A DNA stretch of 60,265 nt from Candidatus Bathyarchaeia archaeon (GCA_050015395.1 JBEKBM010000019.1:1-60265), one strand, 5' to 3'. Positions 27,952 through 39,137 are shown, numbered from the stretch's first letter. The notes: a model not told the origin generated them from the sequence alone. A program made the numbers and translations.

Positions 27952-29349
27952 TTGAAGAGAACATTAGCCATTGCATTCATTGCCATTTTGTGTTTATCAA
28001 TGTTCTCAGCGTATGCGCCAAAGGTGATAGCTCAACAGTCTTCCGCTGACTGGCCTATGTTCCTTAATGACTCAGCACATACAGGCGCCACAACAAACAC
28101 TGGACCAACGAAACCTGTTAAGCTGTGGAGCTACGTTGAAGGACATTTTGACGGTAGCGCTATCGGTTCTTCCGCCGCCATTGTTAACGGTGTAGTTTAT
28201 GTTGGGACAAATTGGAATAACAGCTTATATCCACTTTATAATAATGGCAATAGCGGCAACATTTACGCTTTTAACGCCTATACAGGCGCCAAAATATGGA
28301 ATTACTCAACCGATAGCGCTGTATATTCGTCTCCCGCTGTATCTGGAAACATGCTGTTTATCGGTGTAGATGATAATGTTTGTGCCTTTAACGCTTCAAC
28401 AGGCGTTAAAATATGGAGCTACGCAACTGGTGGTCAGATAAATTCTTCGCCTGATGTGGTCAACGGCGTAGTTTACATAGGCTCAAAGGATAACAATGCT
28501 TATGCCCTCAACGCTTCAACGGGCGCTAAAATATGGAACTACACAACTCGAGGCGCGGTGGAATCTTCACCTGCAGTTGTAAACGAGGTTGTTTATGTAG
28601 GCTCAGATGACGGCAACGTTTATGCTCTTAACGCTTTAACAGGCGCCAAAATTTGGAACTACACAACGAGCAACCAACCCCTCTGGTCATTTAGCAACCA
28701 AGTGACATCTTCGCCTGCTGTTAGCGGTGGCATTGTTTACGTAGGCTCAGTGGGCGGCAACGTTTATGCCCTCAACGCTTCAACAGGCGCTAAAATATGG
28801 AACTGCTTCACCAACCCTAGCTCCTTCGATGGAGGAGGCTACTTGCATGGAGTACAAGCTTCTCCCACAGTTACCAACGGAGTAGTTTACGTAGGCACAG
28901 TGGATGGCAACATGTATGCCCTCAACGCTTCAACTGGCAAGCAAATATGGGAAGACAACATTTTCCGCGTTTTGTCCTCTGCCGCTGTTACTGACGGGGT
29001 GGTTTATGTGGGAGGTTATGATGATGTTTATGCCCTTAACGCCACAACAGGGTCCCAAATATGGGATTTTCCTACTCAAAATCAGATAATCTCTTCGCCA
29101 GCTGTCTTTAATGGCGTCGTCTATATTGGGTCACAAGACGGTAATTTCTATGCAATTGGCAAACCTTCGCCTAACGTATTTATCATAGTCGGGGCGATAG
29201 CTGCCGTCGTAATTGTCGTTGCTGCAGTGGTTTTCTTAATGTTTCAAAAGAGATTGAAAACTAAGCCGATAAGCCCAGCACCTACACCGCAGAACTATAC
29301 TGCAGTTTCCTCTGTTCAACCACTCAAAAGTTATCGGAATAAAGATTAA
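27952..29349 (+). CDS. PQQ-repeat (BamB-like) beta-propeller surface protein
   Basis: WPMF.ND.AHTG start; ~8 repeats of SSPAV.NGVVYVGS.DGNVYALNASTGAKIW; signal peptide and C-terminal TM. Confidence 0.92.
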   Translation: MKRTLAIAFIAILCLSMFSAYAPKVIAQQSSADWPMFLNDSAHTGATTNTGPTKPVKLWSYVEGHFDGSAIGSSAAIVNGVVYVGTNWNNSLYPLYNNGNSGNIYAFNAYTGAKIWNYSTDSAVYSSPAVSGNMLFIGVDDNVCAFNASTGVKIWSYATGGQINSSPDVVNGVVYIGSKDNNAYALNASTGAKIWNYTTRGAVESSPAVVNEVVYVGSDDGNVYALNALTGAKIWNYTTSNQPLWSFSNQVTSSPAVSGGIVYVGSVGGNVYALNASTGAKIWNCFTNPSSFDGGGYLHGVQASPTVTNGVVYVGTVDGNMYALNASTGKQIWEDNIFRVLSSAAVTDGVVYVGGYDDVYALNATTGSQIWDFPTQNQIISSPAVFNGVVYIGSQDGNFYAIGKPSPNVFIIVGAIAAVVIVVAAVVFLMFQKRLKTKPISPAPTPQNYTAVSSVQPLKSYRNKD

Positions 29350-29424
29350 AAGGAAGCTTCGGCAACTTAATTTTGAGGTTAAACAACTTGCAAAAACGTT
29401 TAAAACGTCCTTCCAAAGCAATAT

Positions 29425-30375
29425 TTAACTTTTTAATTTTATTGCTCTGTTTTTAATCGAGGACTGCATTGCGGCTTGAGCTATTTCTAGGGCTTTTACG
29501 CCGTCCTCTCCTGTTATGAGGGGCTTTTTCTTTTCAAGCACGCATTCTGCAAAGTGTTGTAGTTCACATTTCAGTGGTTCTTGGAAGGGGTATCTTGGTT
29601 GCACCGTCTCTTTTTGCTGTTCAATCCATAGGTCTTGAGTTATGTAATCTAGTCTCATTATGGCATCGCTTCCCGTGACCGTTAATGTTCGTGTTTTATA
29701 GGGTGTTAGCCAGTTGGATTCTATGAAGGCGCTTTCTCCGCTCTTGTATGTGAGCATTATGTGGGCGTAGTCTTCGAATTTTAGATGTCTCATGCTTCCC
29801 ATTTTCGCGTAAACGGTAATAGGGTCCTGTTTGGATATGAACCGCATGACATCTATGTCATGTATCGCCGTGTCTTTAACTACTCCGATATCACCTATTC
29901 TTTCAGGCCATTGGGAAACGCGTTTTGCGGTTGCGCAGACCAATTCGCCGATTTTTTTGCTCTCAACCGCCTCACGGATGCTCTGTAATCCAGGAATGAA
30001 CCTCATCAAAAAACCTACGGTTAAGATAAGACCGTTTTGCTCTGCAGTTTCACAAAGCTTTTCCGCTTGCTTTGTGTTGGTGGCCATGGGCTTCTCAACC
30101 AGAACATGCTTTCCTGCTCTGAGTGCTTTGAGTGCTTCCTTTGCAAGGTGTGTTGACCATGTGCAAACGCTTACAGCTTCTATTTCTTTGTTTTTCAGCA
30201 TTCGCGTGCTGTTAGTGTATGCTTTCACGCCGTATTGGTTAGCCATGGTTTTAGCTCTTTCAGCATTTACATCGCAAATTGCAATTAGTTCAGTTGAGGG
30301 AAGCTCTTTGTAGACTCTTGCATGGTTTTTTCCCCAAGAGCCTGTGCCTATTACTGCCACTCCAACTTTCTTCAT
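29425..30375 (-). CDS. Gfo/Idh/MocA oxidoreductase (nucleotide-sugar 3-dehydrogenase-like)
   Basis: VIGTGSWGKNH, GKHVLVEKP, DTAIHDID, SNWLTPYK.R. Confidence 0.9.
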   Translation of the reverse strand: MKKVGVAVIGTGSWGKNHARVYKELPSTELIAICDVNAERAKTMANQYGVKAYTNSTRMLKNKEIEAVSVCTWSTHLAKEALKALRAGKHVLVEKPMATNTKQAEKLCETAEQNGLILTVGFLMRFIPGLQSIREAVESKKIGELVCATAKRVSQWPERIGDIGVVKDTAIHDIDVMRFISKQDPITVYAKMGSMRHLKFEDYAHIMLTYKSGESAFIESNWLTPYKTRTLTVTGSDAIMRLDYITQDLWIEQQKETVQPRYPFQEPLKCELQHFAECVLEKKKPLITGEDGVKALEIAQAAMQSSIKNRAIKLKS

Positions 30376-30378
30376 TTT

Positions 30379-31713
30379 TTATTCCTTTCCTCTTCCAAGT
30401 CCACAGTATATGAAGCCTTCTGTTTCCACTTTTTGAGGCTCAAAGGCACCTGCCAAATCTACGATTACTGAGGGTGTCTTCGTTAATGGTTTAAGTTTCC
30501 GCAGGTTTAAGTGTTTAAACTGCTCCTCCCCGGTGAGTATCACTATGCAGTCTGCGCCTTCCACTGCCTCATTTAAGCTAGTCTTTACAACTCCCGAATC
30601 TAGTGCATCTCTTTTTGATGCGGGGTCATAAAGGCTGGCTTTAGCGCCTTTTAACTCTAACATTTTAACAAAAACGACCGTAGCAGTACTTGGGTTAACT
30701 GTGCCTAAAACGGCAATCCTTGCTCTTCTCAACGTTTTGCCGCATCTCCGCAGTGCATCTTGGGTTAAATTAACCGCGTGTTTAACCATGTCTTCGTTTA
30801 TTTGCCTAGCCAACGTTGGGAGCCTAAGTTTAACATTCAGGTTTTCCGCGCTTTCAAGCAGAAGATATGCTACGTTTTTGTTTTCTTCCTCAACAGTTGT
30901 GGGCCAAAAACTAGGGTCATTAAACTCCAACAATTTTAAAACTTCAAAGTAGTCTATGTTTGCGCTTTCACAGAAAACCGCCAACTCACTTGCTAACGCC
31001 GTGTTTGCCTCCTGTTTTGCCGCCTTAAAAAGTGCTGCTATTTCTGCTGTTTTCACGTCGCTTATTTGTTTAACGTTTTTTGTTATAGTTTTTAGAACGT
31101 TCATAGCTGCATCTTGACTGGCTTTACCAATTGCAGCAACCTTTAACTCCAAGTTGGCTATCGGCTCAATGGGCTTGGCACCTAAGTTATGGATCGGAAT
31201 GTAGGCTAAACCGAAATCCTGCCCAACCTTTAGCCCTGATGTGTTCTCCAATGTTTCCTTCATTATTCCTTCAGTAAAACCCAAACCCGCAACATCACCA
31301 TAAATAACCAGCGTGCCAGAATGGAGTGCTGATCCAACTTGCTTGCAAGCGTTTAATGCTTCTGAATAATCAATTTTTTTCTTATCGTCAACTTTTGCCG
31401 GTACAGTTATGATAATTATATCGCTTCGAGAAACAGCCTTTTTCGGCTCGCTAGTAACGCTTAATTGACCTGCGTTGATAAAGCCTTTCAATTTACCTTC
31501 AATTTCTTGTTCAGCGAAGAGTGTTTTTCCTTTTGCCAATTTTTTTATCACGCTTGGGTCAGAGTCTGAGCATGCAACTTTAAAGCCGGCATCAGCGAAA
31601 GCGTTAGCATAAAGGATTCCTTTTTGTCCGCATCCTACAACGCTAACCAGATATGTTGAGCGTTTTTCTTTTGTATCAATTTCGTCTGGTTTTAAGTTTA
31701 GAACATTGGGCAT
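30379..31713 (-). CDS. UDP-glucose/GDP-mannose dehydrogenase-family protein lacking catalytic motifs
   Basis: Three-domain layout (VVGCG..G, LENTSGLKVGQDFGLAY, KTAEIA, ARQINEDM, YDP, ADCIVILT); PER, catalytic Lys and GGHC motifs absent. Confidence 0.85.
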   Translation of the reverse strand: MPNVLNLKPDEIDTKEKRSTYLVSVVGCGQKGILYANAFADAGFKVACSDSDPSVIKKLAKGKTLFAEQEIEGKLKGFINAGQLSVTSEPKKAVSRSDIIIITVPAKVDDKKKIDYSEALNACKQVGSALHSGTLVIYGDVAGLGFTEGIMKETLENTSGLKVGQDFGLAYIPIHNLGAKPIEPIANLELKVAAIGKASQDAAMNVLKTITKNVKQISDVKTAEIAALFKAAKQEANTALASELAVFCESANIDYFEVLKLLEFNDPSFWPTTVEEENKNVAYLLLESAENLNVKLRLPTLARQINEDMVKHAVNLTQDALRRCGKTLRRARIAVLGTVNPSTATVVFVKMLELKGAKASLYDPASKRDALDSGVVKTSLNEAVEGADCIVILTGEEQFKHLNLRKLKPLTKTPSVIVDLAGAFEPQKVETEGFIYCGLGRGKE

Positions 31714-31746
31714 TTGCAGGTTTTCTCCAAAGCGCCATAAGGTTTG

Positions 31747-33114
31747 CTATATCGTTTCGAGGATTTTTTTAAGCCGTGAACTGTAGTCTTCAACTAGCTT
31801 TAATGCTTTTTCTTGGTTTTTCGCCTCAGCATATAACCTGAACACGGGTTCTGTCCCGCTTGGTCTAATCAGGATGGCGCTGTTGTCGCTGAACCAAATT
31901 TTTACCCCATCAATTGTGCTGATATTTTCGCCTTTTACCTCCTCGTACAATTTTTGAAGCAATATTTCTTTTTTCTCGTCTGGGCAATCGATTTTTCCTT
32001 TTTCGATAAAGTATTGTGGTTGCTCAGCCACGAGTTTAGACAGTTTCTCTCCAGTTTCAGCCATTATGTTAAGTATCAGAGCCGTTGTCATTGCTCCATC
32101 ACGGACTGCTTGGTGTGGACCATAGAAAACTCCGCCGTTTTCTTCTCCACCCAGTTTAGCGTTTAACTCTTTCATTTTCTGGGAAACCGTTACGCTTCCA
32201 ACTTTAGTCCAGATTAACTCTCCCTTGTAAGCTTCTACTGTGTCTTTGATTAATGTAGAGGAGCTTACAGGTGTAATTATTTTTGCTCCTGGATTTTTGA
32301 TTAGGAACTGTTTTATTATTACTGCAAAGGTTTTGTCTCCCCAGTAAATCACGCCATTCTCGTCAACGAAAATGGACCGGTCAGCATCGCCGTCAAAAGC
32401 TACACCTAAGTCTGCACCAATTGCTTTAACAGTTGAAGATAAATCGGTGAGGCTCTCGGGTCTCGGTTCTGGTAATCGTCCTGGGAAAGTACCGTCAATG
32501 TTAGCGTTGATAGTGGTTACTTTGCAGCCAAGTTCCCTTAACAATGGCGGTGCTGTGAGACCACCGACGCTGTTAGCCGCGTCTACAACAACGTGAAAGT
32601 GCTTTTGCGCTATTTTTTGAGGGTCAACGTGATTTTTTATGGCTTGGACGTATTCGTCGTTGATTCCAGGCAGTTCCTGCAATGCTCCCAGTTTGTCCCA
32701 TTCTGCGAATACTATTTTGTTGTCAAAGTAAATGTTCTCTATTTCGACTTCTTGCTCATGTGAAGTTTCTATACCGTCGCTCCAGATGACTTTAATACCG
32801 TTGTATTCAGGCGGATTATGTGAAGCAGTAATTATCACGCCGCCATCCATCTTATGGTTTTTAACAGCATATTGCAGCGCGGGCGTTGGAGCCATCCCAG
32901 CGAAAAACACATGGCATCCAGTTGCGGTTAAACCAGAAATCACTGCTTTAGCAAGCATGGGTCCGCTGGTTCTAGCATCATATCCTAAAAGTAAATTTTT
33001 TCTTCCAAAAAAAGTTCCGATTGCGCAGCCGACTTTTATGGCCATTTCAGGCGTCAATTCTACGTTGACTAGGCCTCTGATACCGTTTGTTCCAAAAAGT
33101 TTTCTTTCGCTCAT
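31747..33114 (-). CDS. glmM: Phosphoglucosamine mutase / phosphohexomutase
   Basis: LFGTNGIRG, TASHNP, FDGDADR, GGEENGG, RPSGTEP. Confidence 0.93.
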   Translation of the reverse strand: MSERKLFGTNGIRGLVNVELTPEMAIKVGCAIGTFFGRKNLLLGYDARTSGPMLAKAVISGLTATGCHVFFAGMAPTPALQYAVKNHKMDGGVIITASHNPPEYNGIKVIWSDGIETSHEQEVEIENIYFDNKIVFAEWDKLGALQELPGINDEYVQAIKNHVDPQKIAQKHFHVVVDAANSVGGLTAPPLLRELGCKVTTINANIDGTFPGRLPEPRPESLTDLSSTVKAIGADLGVAFDGDADRSIFVDENGVIYWGDKTFAVIIKQFLIKNPGAKIITPVSSSTLIKDTVEAYKGELIWTKVGSVTVSQKMKELNAKLGGEENGGVFYGPHQAVRDGAMTTALILNIMAETGEKLSKLVAEQPQYFIEKGKIDCPDEKKEILLQKLYEEVKGENISTIDGVKIWFSDNSAILIRPSGTEPVFRLYAEAKNQEKALKLVEDYSSRLKKILETI

Positions 33115-33166
33115 AAATTTCAACTCATTGTTTACTTAACAGTTAGTCTTGGGTTTTAAAATGTTT

Positions 33167-34234
33167 TCACGAGACTTCTTTTGCTGGACAGACAATATGT
33201 GCATCTGATAGGTGTAGGTTATCTTTGATTTTTGCATGGTCGCCGATTATACAACCGTTGCTGATTTTAACATGTTTTCCAATTTGTGCTCCTTCGCCGA
33301 TTAATGCTCCATTTATCGACACAAAATCGTCAATTTCAACATTAGGAAAAATTACTGAATTACTTATTTGCGCGTTTTTGCCAACTGTAACATTTTTTCC
33401 CAAAATGGCGTATGGACCAATAACTGACTTTTCCGCTATTGAGACGCCCTTGTCGAAGGCAACAGGATTCTTTAACTCAAAGTTTTTTGCGCCTTCCTGT
33501 TTGAAATTTTTAGATAAGTAATCAAGTATTATTTTGTTTGTTTCCAAGTACTCTTCTGGTTTGCCTATATCCATCCATAAGCCATTAACTAAATGACCGT
33601 AAAGTTTTCCTTCTTCGGCTAGTTTGGGGAAAACCTCTCGCTCCATGGAAACTGCTCTTCCTGAGGGAATATACTCGAAGATTTTGGGGCTTAGAACGTA
33701 GACTCCTGCGTTTATGAGGTTGCTCGGAGCTTTATCTTTGGGGGGCTTTTCAATGAACCTTTTTATGCAGTTGCCATTTACTATTTCCGCCACACCGTAC
33801 CTACATGGGTCTTCAACTTTGCAAAGTGCAATTGTTGCTAAAGCCTTCGTTTTAACGTGTGTATCCAGCAGTTCTCTGTAGCTTAAATCCGCAAAAATGT
33901 CACCGTTCAAAACAATAAACGGCTCATCATGGCCTAAGAGTTTTTCGGCTTTTTTTACTGGTCCTGCGGTTCCCAGTGGCATTTTCGGCGGGTCAATTGA
34001 AAACTTTATTTTCAAACCATGTCTATGCGGTCGCTGCTGTTTAACATAAAATTGTGTTAGCGCATTAACTGCCAGTATGGCTTCTTCAACGCCGTTGTTA
34101 GATAATCTTTCAAAAATCCATTCAAGTAATGGCTTGTTAACTATTGGAAAAAGAGTTTTAGGCCTAGAGCAACTTAGTGGTCGTAGCCTTGTTGCGAAGC
34201 CACCTGCTAAGATTAACGCTTTCAGGAGTGTCAC
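33167..34234 (-). CDS. NDP-sugar pyrophosphorylase with C-terminal left-handed beta-helix
   Basis: LAGGFATRLRPL...PK, NGDI, WMDIG.PEEY, hexapeptide repeats. Confidence 0.92.
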   Translation of the reverse strand: MTLLKALILAGGFATRLRPLSCSRPKTLFPIVNKPLLEWIFERLSNNGVEEAILAVNALTQFYVKQQRPHRHGLKIKFSIDPPKMPLGTAGPVKKAEKLLGHDEPFIVLNGDIFADLSYRELLDTHVKTKALATIALCKVEDPCRYGVAEIVNGNCIKRFIEKPPKDKAPSNLINAGVYVLSPKIFEYIPSGRAVSMEREVFPKLAEEGKLYGHLVNGLWMDIGKPEEYLETNKIILDYLSKNFKQEGAKNFELKNPVAFDKGVSIAEKSVIGPYAILGKNVTVGKNAQISNSVIFPNVEIDDFVSINGALIGEGAQIGKHVKISNGCIIGDHAKIKDNLHLSDAHIVCPAKEVS

Positions 34235-34288
34235 CTTTACTGAGAAGTAAACTATTGATTCGTTTTTATATAAACAGTTATTGGAGTT

Positions 34289-35839
34289 TTACTCCCACTC
34301 TATAGTTGCAGGCGGCTTATGAGTAATATCATAAACCACTCGGGTAACCTGCGGAATCTCATTTGTGATTCTGGTTGAAATTTTTTCAAGGACGGGGTAT
34401 GGGATTTGGGCAAAGTTTGCAGTCATGGCTTCTCGGCTTTCTGCAGCTCGAATCGCCACTACGTATCCGTACGCTCTTGAGTCTCCTTTTACGCCTGTTG
34501 CTTTTGTATCAGTTAACACGGCAAAGTATTGCCACAGATTTTCATCCAACCCGTTTTTCTCAATTTCTTCTCGGACGATAGCGTCGGCTTTTTTGGCAAC
34601 GCTCACTTTTTCTGGAGTTAATTCGCCTATTATTCGGACTGCCAAGCCTGGTCCTGGAAACGGTTGCCGGTTGACTAGTTCCTTTGGTAATTCGAGCATT
34701 TTGGCTACTTTGCGTACTTCGTCTTTGTAGAGGTCGCGCAGGGGTTCAACTATTTTTTTGAATTTTATGTTTGTTGGTAGTCCAGCAACATTGTGGTGAG
34801 ATTTTATTACATCTGAGTTCTTTCGGATGCCTGATTCAATTCGGTCTGGATAGATGGTGCCTTGGAGCAGGTATTGTGCACCTGGCTTCTCGGCGATTTC
34901 CTCAAAAACCCGAATAAACTCTTCCCCAATTACCTTACGTTTCCTTTCAGGGTCAGCTACGCCTTTGAGTTTTTGCATGAAGCGGTCCTGCGCGTTTGCC
35001 ATAACAAAATTTATCGGGAATTTTTTGAATGTTTCACGGATGGCTTCAGGTTCCCCTTCACGCATGAACCCATGATCGACGAAGACGGCTGTGAGTTTGT
35101 CGCCTAACGCTTTGGCTGCTAGTGCGGTTGCGACGCTTGAGTCTATGCCTCCGCTTAAGCCTATAATGGCGTTGGCTGAGCCAACTTCGGTCTTTATTTC
35201 TTTGACCATTTTTTCGATGATGTCTTCTACTTTCCAGTTAGCTTCACACTTGCAGACTTTAAAAATGAAGTTGCGCAACATGGCGGCGCCGTTTTCCGTG
35301 TGAATAACTTCAGGATGCCACTGTAAACCGTAGATTGGTTTTTGCTTATGCCTAAACGCGGCAACTGGGCAGTTTTCCGTGTGAGCTAACACTTCAAACT
35401 CTTGTGGCAGTGCAAAAACTGTGTCGCCGTGGCTCATCCAAACTTTTTCTTTCTCGTTTAAGCCTTCCAGTACACCTACTGGCTTGTCGATGGATACTTG
35501 TGCGGTTCCGTATTCTTTGCAGGCTGCGGGCTCAACTTTGCCATTGGCTAACTGAGCTAACAGCTGGTGTCCATAGCATAAACCTAGAATCGGTAAATTC
35601 ACCTCTAAAATGCGGGGGTTAAGCTTGGGCGCATTTGGTTCGTAGACGCTTGAGGGTCCGCCTGAAAGAATTAAGCCTTTAACATTGAATTTTTCGTTTA
35701 GAGCCTTAACCTCTTCGGGTGATATGTCGTGGGCAACAATTTCTGAATAAACGCCATTTTCTCTAATTCTTCTGCCTATAAGATGGCAGTATTGCCCCCC
35801 AAAGTCCAGTACCAGTATTGTATCGTATTTTACTTGCAT
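34289..35839 (-). CDS. guaA: GMP synthase (fused GATase and ATP-PPase)
   Basis: GLCYGHQ, WHPEV, LSGGIDS, KSHHNV, PFPGPGL, KPPATIEWE. Confidence 0.97.
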   Translation of the reverse strand: MQVKYDTILVLDFGGQYCHLIGRRIRENGVYSEIVAHDISPEEVKALNEKFNVKGLILSGGPSSVYEPNAPKLNPRILEVNLPILGLCYGHQLLAQLANGKVEPAACKEYGTAQVSIDKPVGVLEGLNEKEKVWMSHGDTVFALPQEFEVLAHTENCPVAAFRHKQKPIYGLQWHPEVIHTENGAAMLRNFIFKVCKCEANWKVEDIIEKMVKEIKTEVGSANAIIGLSGGIDSSVATALAAKALGDKLTAVFVDHGFMREGEPEAIRETFKKFPINFVMANAQDRFMQKLKGVADPERKRKVIGEEFIRVFEEIAEKPGAQYLLQGTIYPDRIESGIRKNSDVIKSHHNVAGLPTNIKFKKIVEPLRDLYKDEVRKVAKMLELPKELVNRQPFPGPGLAVRIIGELTPEKVSVAKKADAIVREEIEKNGLDENLWQYFAVLTDTKATGVKGDSRAYGYVVAIRAAESREAMTANFAQIPYPVLEKISTRITNEIPQVTRVVYDITHKPPATIEWE

Positions 35840-36054
35840 TGCAGTGGCTCAAATTATTGAGTTTAAGCTGGTAATTTAAGATTACTATCCGTTCACGTCA
35901 AAGTCAAAGCAGTTTTTGAAGCTTAAAATGGTTTTCCTTTAACTTTAGCATCTTTTGGTTGATAGTGAAAACTAAACTTTTATTAATATAATCATATGAT
36001 AATTAAAATAATGTTTCGAAAAAGTGGGTTTAATTGAAAGAACGTGCAGGGGGT

Positions 36055-36504
36055 ATGTTTACGAATTTAAATGAAACTGATTTAAAAATTCTCAAAGGTC
36101 TTTTAGAGGATGCAAGGTTTTCAAGCAGGCAAATAGCCAAGAACGTCGGTGTATCAGTTGGAACAGTTTTGTCTAGAATTAAAAAGATGGAAGATGAGGG
36201 TCTCATCAAGGGCTATTCTGTTCTGCTAAATCATGAAAAGCTTGGTTATCAATTGACAGTTGTAACTGAGATTACGGTTTCTAAGGGCAAGCTTGTGGAA
36301 ACTGAAAATGAAATAGCTAAAATTCCCAACGTTTGCAGTGTCTATGACGTGACAGGCTTGACGGATGCTATTATTGTTGCTAAGTTTCAGAGTCGAGAGG
36401 ACCTTGGGCAGTTCACTAAGCGATTGTTATCTTTGCCGTTTATTGAGCGAACAAACACTCATGTAGTTTTGGCTACGGTGAAGGAAAACTTCCGCTTGCT
36501 ATAG
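36055..36504 (+). CDS. Lrp/AsnC regulator
   Basis: D.KILK.L..DAR.S.RQIA HTH, VYDVTG..D; ATCATATGAT palindrome at 35991-36000. Confidence 0.93.
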   Translation: MFTNLNETDLKILKGLLEDARFSSRQIAKNVGVSVGTVLSRIKKMEDEGLIKGYSVLLNHEKLGYQLTVVTEITVSKGKLVETENEIAKIPNVCSVYDVTGLTDAIIVAKFQSREDLGQFTKRLLSLPFIERTNTHVVLATVKENFRLL

Positions 36505-36505
36505 T

Positions 36506-37570
36506 TCAAGTTTTTTCTGTATGGTTTTCTTTTTTATAGTTTTGTTCTGGTGCCGCAATGGTTATTGTTGTTCCTGAGGCAATTGGTGAGGTTATCCAGA
36601 CATTTCCGCCTATGACCACGTTATCACCGATTATTGCCTCTGGTCCCAGAAGAGTTGCGCCTGAATAGATAACTACATTGCTTCCCACTGTCGGGTGTCT
36701 CTTTCTTCCTTTGATAATGTTTCCTTTCTCGTCTTTCGGAAAACTCAGCGCGCCTAAGGTTACGCCTTGGTAAAGCTTGACGTTGTCGCCTATTTCTGTG
36801 GTCTCTCCAATGACTACCCCGGTGCCATGGTCGATGAAGAAGTTTTTGCCAATTTTTGCGCCCGGATGAATATCTATGCCGGTTAAGGAATGAACGTGTT
36901 CGCTCATTATTCTCGGAATCAAGGGGATTCCTCTCAGGTAAAGTTCGTGGGCTATCCTGTAAGTCGTTATCGCCAATACACATGGGTAGCTTAGAATGAC
37001 TTCTTCTATGCTTATGGCTGCTGGATCTCCTGCGTAAGCAGCTTGGATGTCTCCGCTTAACATTGATCTTATTTCAGGCAACTTTTCCAGAAGTTCTTTA
37101 ACTACGACGCGGGCTCTTTGTTGGCATACGTCCTGTGGGCACTCGCTGACTTTTCTGCAGATATATTTTAGGCTTTTTTCAACTTCATCTGTGAGTCTTG
37201 TATAAACTGAAGTTAGAGTGTTGCCTAAATGATATTTTATGTTGGCTTTTGTGATTTCCTCTTTGCCTAAGTAGCCTGGGAAAAGAATTGTGAATAAATC
37301 TTCTAACACTTCGATAACTACTTTTTTTGATGGAAGGTCGCGTCCTTCAAGGTGGTCCATGCCGCCGAAGGCTTGGTAATTAGCCATGATGTCGTCTACT
37401 AATTTTGGTAAGCCTTTTTCAACCCAGTTCTGCTCCACTTTATCATGGTTGCGCATGAGTGCATCTAGCATTCTCTCTGGGTTCCAGCAGTCAGTTTCCA
37501 TGTTCTTGTCTGTGCATTCTTTCGGGCGGGGCTGGTTAGCTTTTGCTGTCATTTTTTCTTCCCTTTTCAT
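36506..37570 (-). CDS. cysE: Serine O-acetyltransferase (long N-terminus type)
   Basis: [41 protein letters not shown]. Confidence 0.93.
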   Translation of the reverse strand: MKREEKMTAKANQPRPKECTDKNMETDCWNPERMLDALMRNHDKVEQNWVEKGLPKLVDDIMANYQAFGGMDHLEGRDLPSKKVVIEVLEDLFTILFPGYLGKEEITKANIKYHLGNTLTSVYTRLTDEVEKSLKYICRKVSECPQDVCQQRARVVVKELLEKLPEIRSMLSGDIQAAYAGDPAAISIEEVILSYPCVLAITTYRIAHELYLRGIPLIPRIMSEHVHSLTGIDIHPGAKIGKNFFIDHGTGVVIGETTEIGDNVKLYQGVTLGALSFPKDEKGNIIKGRKRHPTVGSNVVIYSGATLLGPEAIIGDNVVIGGNVWITSPIASGTTITIAAPEQNYKKENHTEKT

Positions 37571-37620
37571 TCATTATGTAGATATGGTGAATATAAGAGA
37601 AGCGTCTTGTGGACGGCGAC

Positions 37621-38574
37621 TTAGATGTTCGAGTTTGTGCTTGTTGGTGGTTCTTGGAATAATACTGTGCTGAGATAGCGTTCGCCTGTGTCTGGGAGAA
37701 TAACGACTATTAGTTTGCCTTTGTTTTCTGGCCGTTTAGCTATTTCTAAGGCTGCGAAGGTTGCTGCTCCTGAGGATATGCCTACGAGTAATCCCTCTTT
37801 TAGGACAAGTTGCCGTGCGGTTTGTATAGCGTCATCGTCTTTTACTTTGAATATTTCATCCACTAAATCAAGTTTTAACACGTCTGGTTTGAAGCCTGCG
37901 CCTATTCCTTGGATTTTGTGTGGTCCTTTCTGGCCGCCGCTTAGGACTGGCGAAGCTGCTGGTTCAACTGCTACAGCTTTAAACTCGGGTTTAAGCGGTT
38001 TTATGTATTCTGCTATGCCTGTTATCGTTCCGCCTGTTCCGACTCCTGAGACCACGATATCTACTTTGCCGTCTGTCGCAGTCCAAATTTCTGGTCCAGT
38101 GGTTTCTCTGTGAACCTTTGGGTTTGCTAGATTTTTGAATTGTTGTGGCACGAAGCTGTTGGGTGTGTTTTTGGCGAGTTCTTCTGCTTTTTTGATGGCT
38201 CCTCCCATGCCGTCTGGTCCTGGTGTGAGGACGAGTTGTGCGCCGTAGGCTTTGAGTAGGCTGCGGCGTTCGATGCTCATGGCTTCTGGCATGGTGAGTA
38301 TTAGTTTGTAGCCTTTTACGGCTGCTACCATGGCTAAGCCGATGCCTGTGTTGCCGCTTGTCGGCTCTATGATGGTGGTGTCTGGTTTGATTAAGCCTTG
38401 TTTTTCTGCTTCAACTATCATGCTTAGGCATATGCGATCTTTGACGCTTCCGCCTGGGTTTCTGGATTCAAGTTTGGCTACCACAGTGGCATTTGTGCTT
38501 TGGGTTAGCCGGTTTAGTTTTATTAATGGTGTTTCTCCTATGGTTTCAAGAACGTTGTTGTATATTTTTGTCAT
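37621..38574 (-). CDS. cysK: Cysteine synthase A
   Basis: [40 protein letters not shown]. Confidence 0.97.
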   Translation of the reverse strand: MTKIYNNVLETIGETPLIKLNRLTQSTNATVVAKLESRNPGGSVKDRICLSMIVEAEKQGLIKPDTTIIEPTSGNTGIGLAMVAAVKGYKLILTMPEAMSIERRSLLKAYGAQLVLTPGPDGMGGAIKKAEELAKNTPNSFVPQQFKNLANPKVHRETTGPEIWTATDGKVDIVVSGVGTGGTITGIAEYIKPLKPEFKAVAVEPAASPVLSGGQKGPHKIQGIGAGFKPDVLKLDLVDEIFKVKDDDAIQTARQLVLKEGLLVGISSGAATFAALEIAKRPENKGKLIVVILPDTGERYLSTVLFQEPPTSTNSNI

Positions 38575-38770
38575 AATTAATTCGCCTGTTATTATAACGC
38601 TGTTATATTTATCGGGGAAATAAATCTATCCCCTATCCCGAAACTATTCAGAACTTTCACAGTTATAAACAAATCTAACACTTAACACGCCAACCCGCAA
38701 AGTAAAGTCTTTAAATGCCATGACTAATTCTATATTTCGCACCAGCCTCAAACAAGCAAAAAGCATGCTC

Positions 38771-38858
38771 GCGGAGGTCGCCCAGCATGGCCAAAGGCGT
38801 AGGACTGAGGCTCCTATCCCGCAGGGGTTCGTGGGTTCAAATCCCACCCTCCGCACCA
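38771..38858 (+). tRNA. tRNA-Leu(GAG), CCA encoded
   Basis: GCGGAGG acceptor, TAGGA-CTGAGGC-TCCTA anticodon arm, long variable arm, GGTTCAAATCC, CCTCCGC-A-CCA. Confidence 0.97.
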
Positions 38859-39137
38859 CCTTCGAACCATCAGATTCGCTCATTTTTCGCTTGTTTTAAG
38901 CGCGGGACAGTGGAAAAACCACTTCAAGTTCGGCGCAGCTTTTGATTTCACTTTTCCGTTTAAACTGTCATTCTTGATATTGTTAAGTTACCCATAACTC
39001 GCAGATTTTATCGCCGCATAAAATGTCAAGATAGAACTTTGCCCACTTTTTCAGTGTTTTTAGGGTTGCTTATTTTAGGCAAAAGTGGTAAGAATCTCCA
39101 AAAGGGACCGGAAAAAGCACAGACTTTTCTTTAAAGT

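Noticed and set aside
27952-29349. Tandem DNA repeats as a non-coding array
   Set aside because: They are in-frame propeller blades of a single CDS
38644-38883. 79 aa minus-strand ORF
   Set aside because: Antisense shadow of tRNA-Leu
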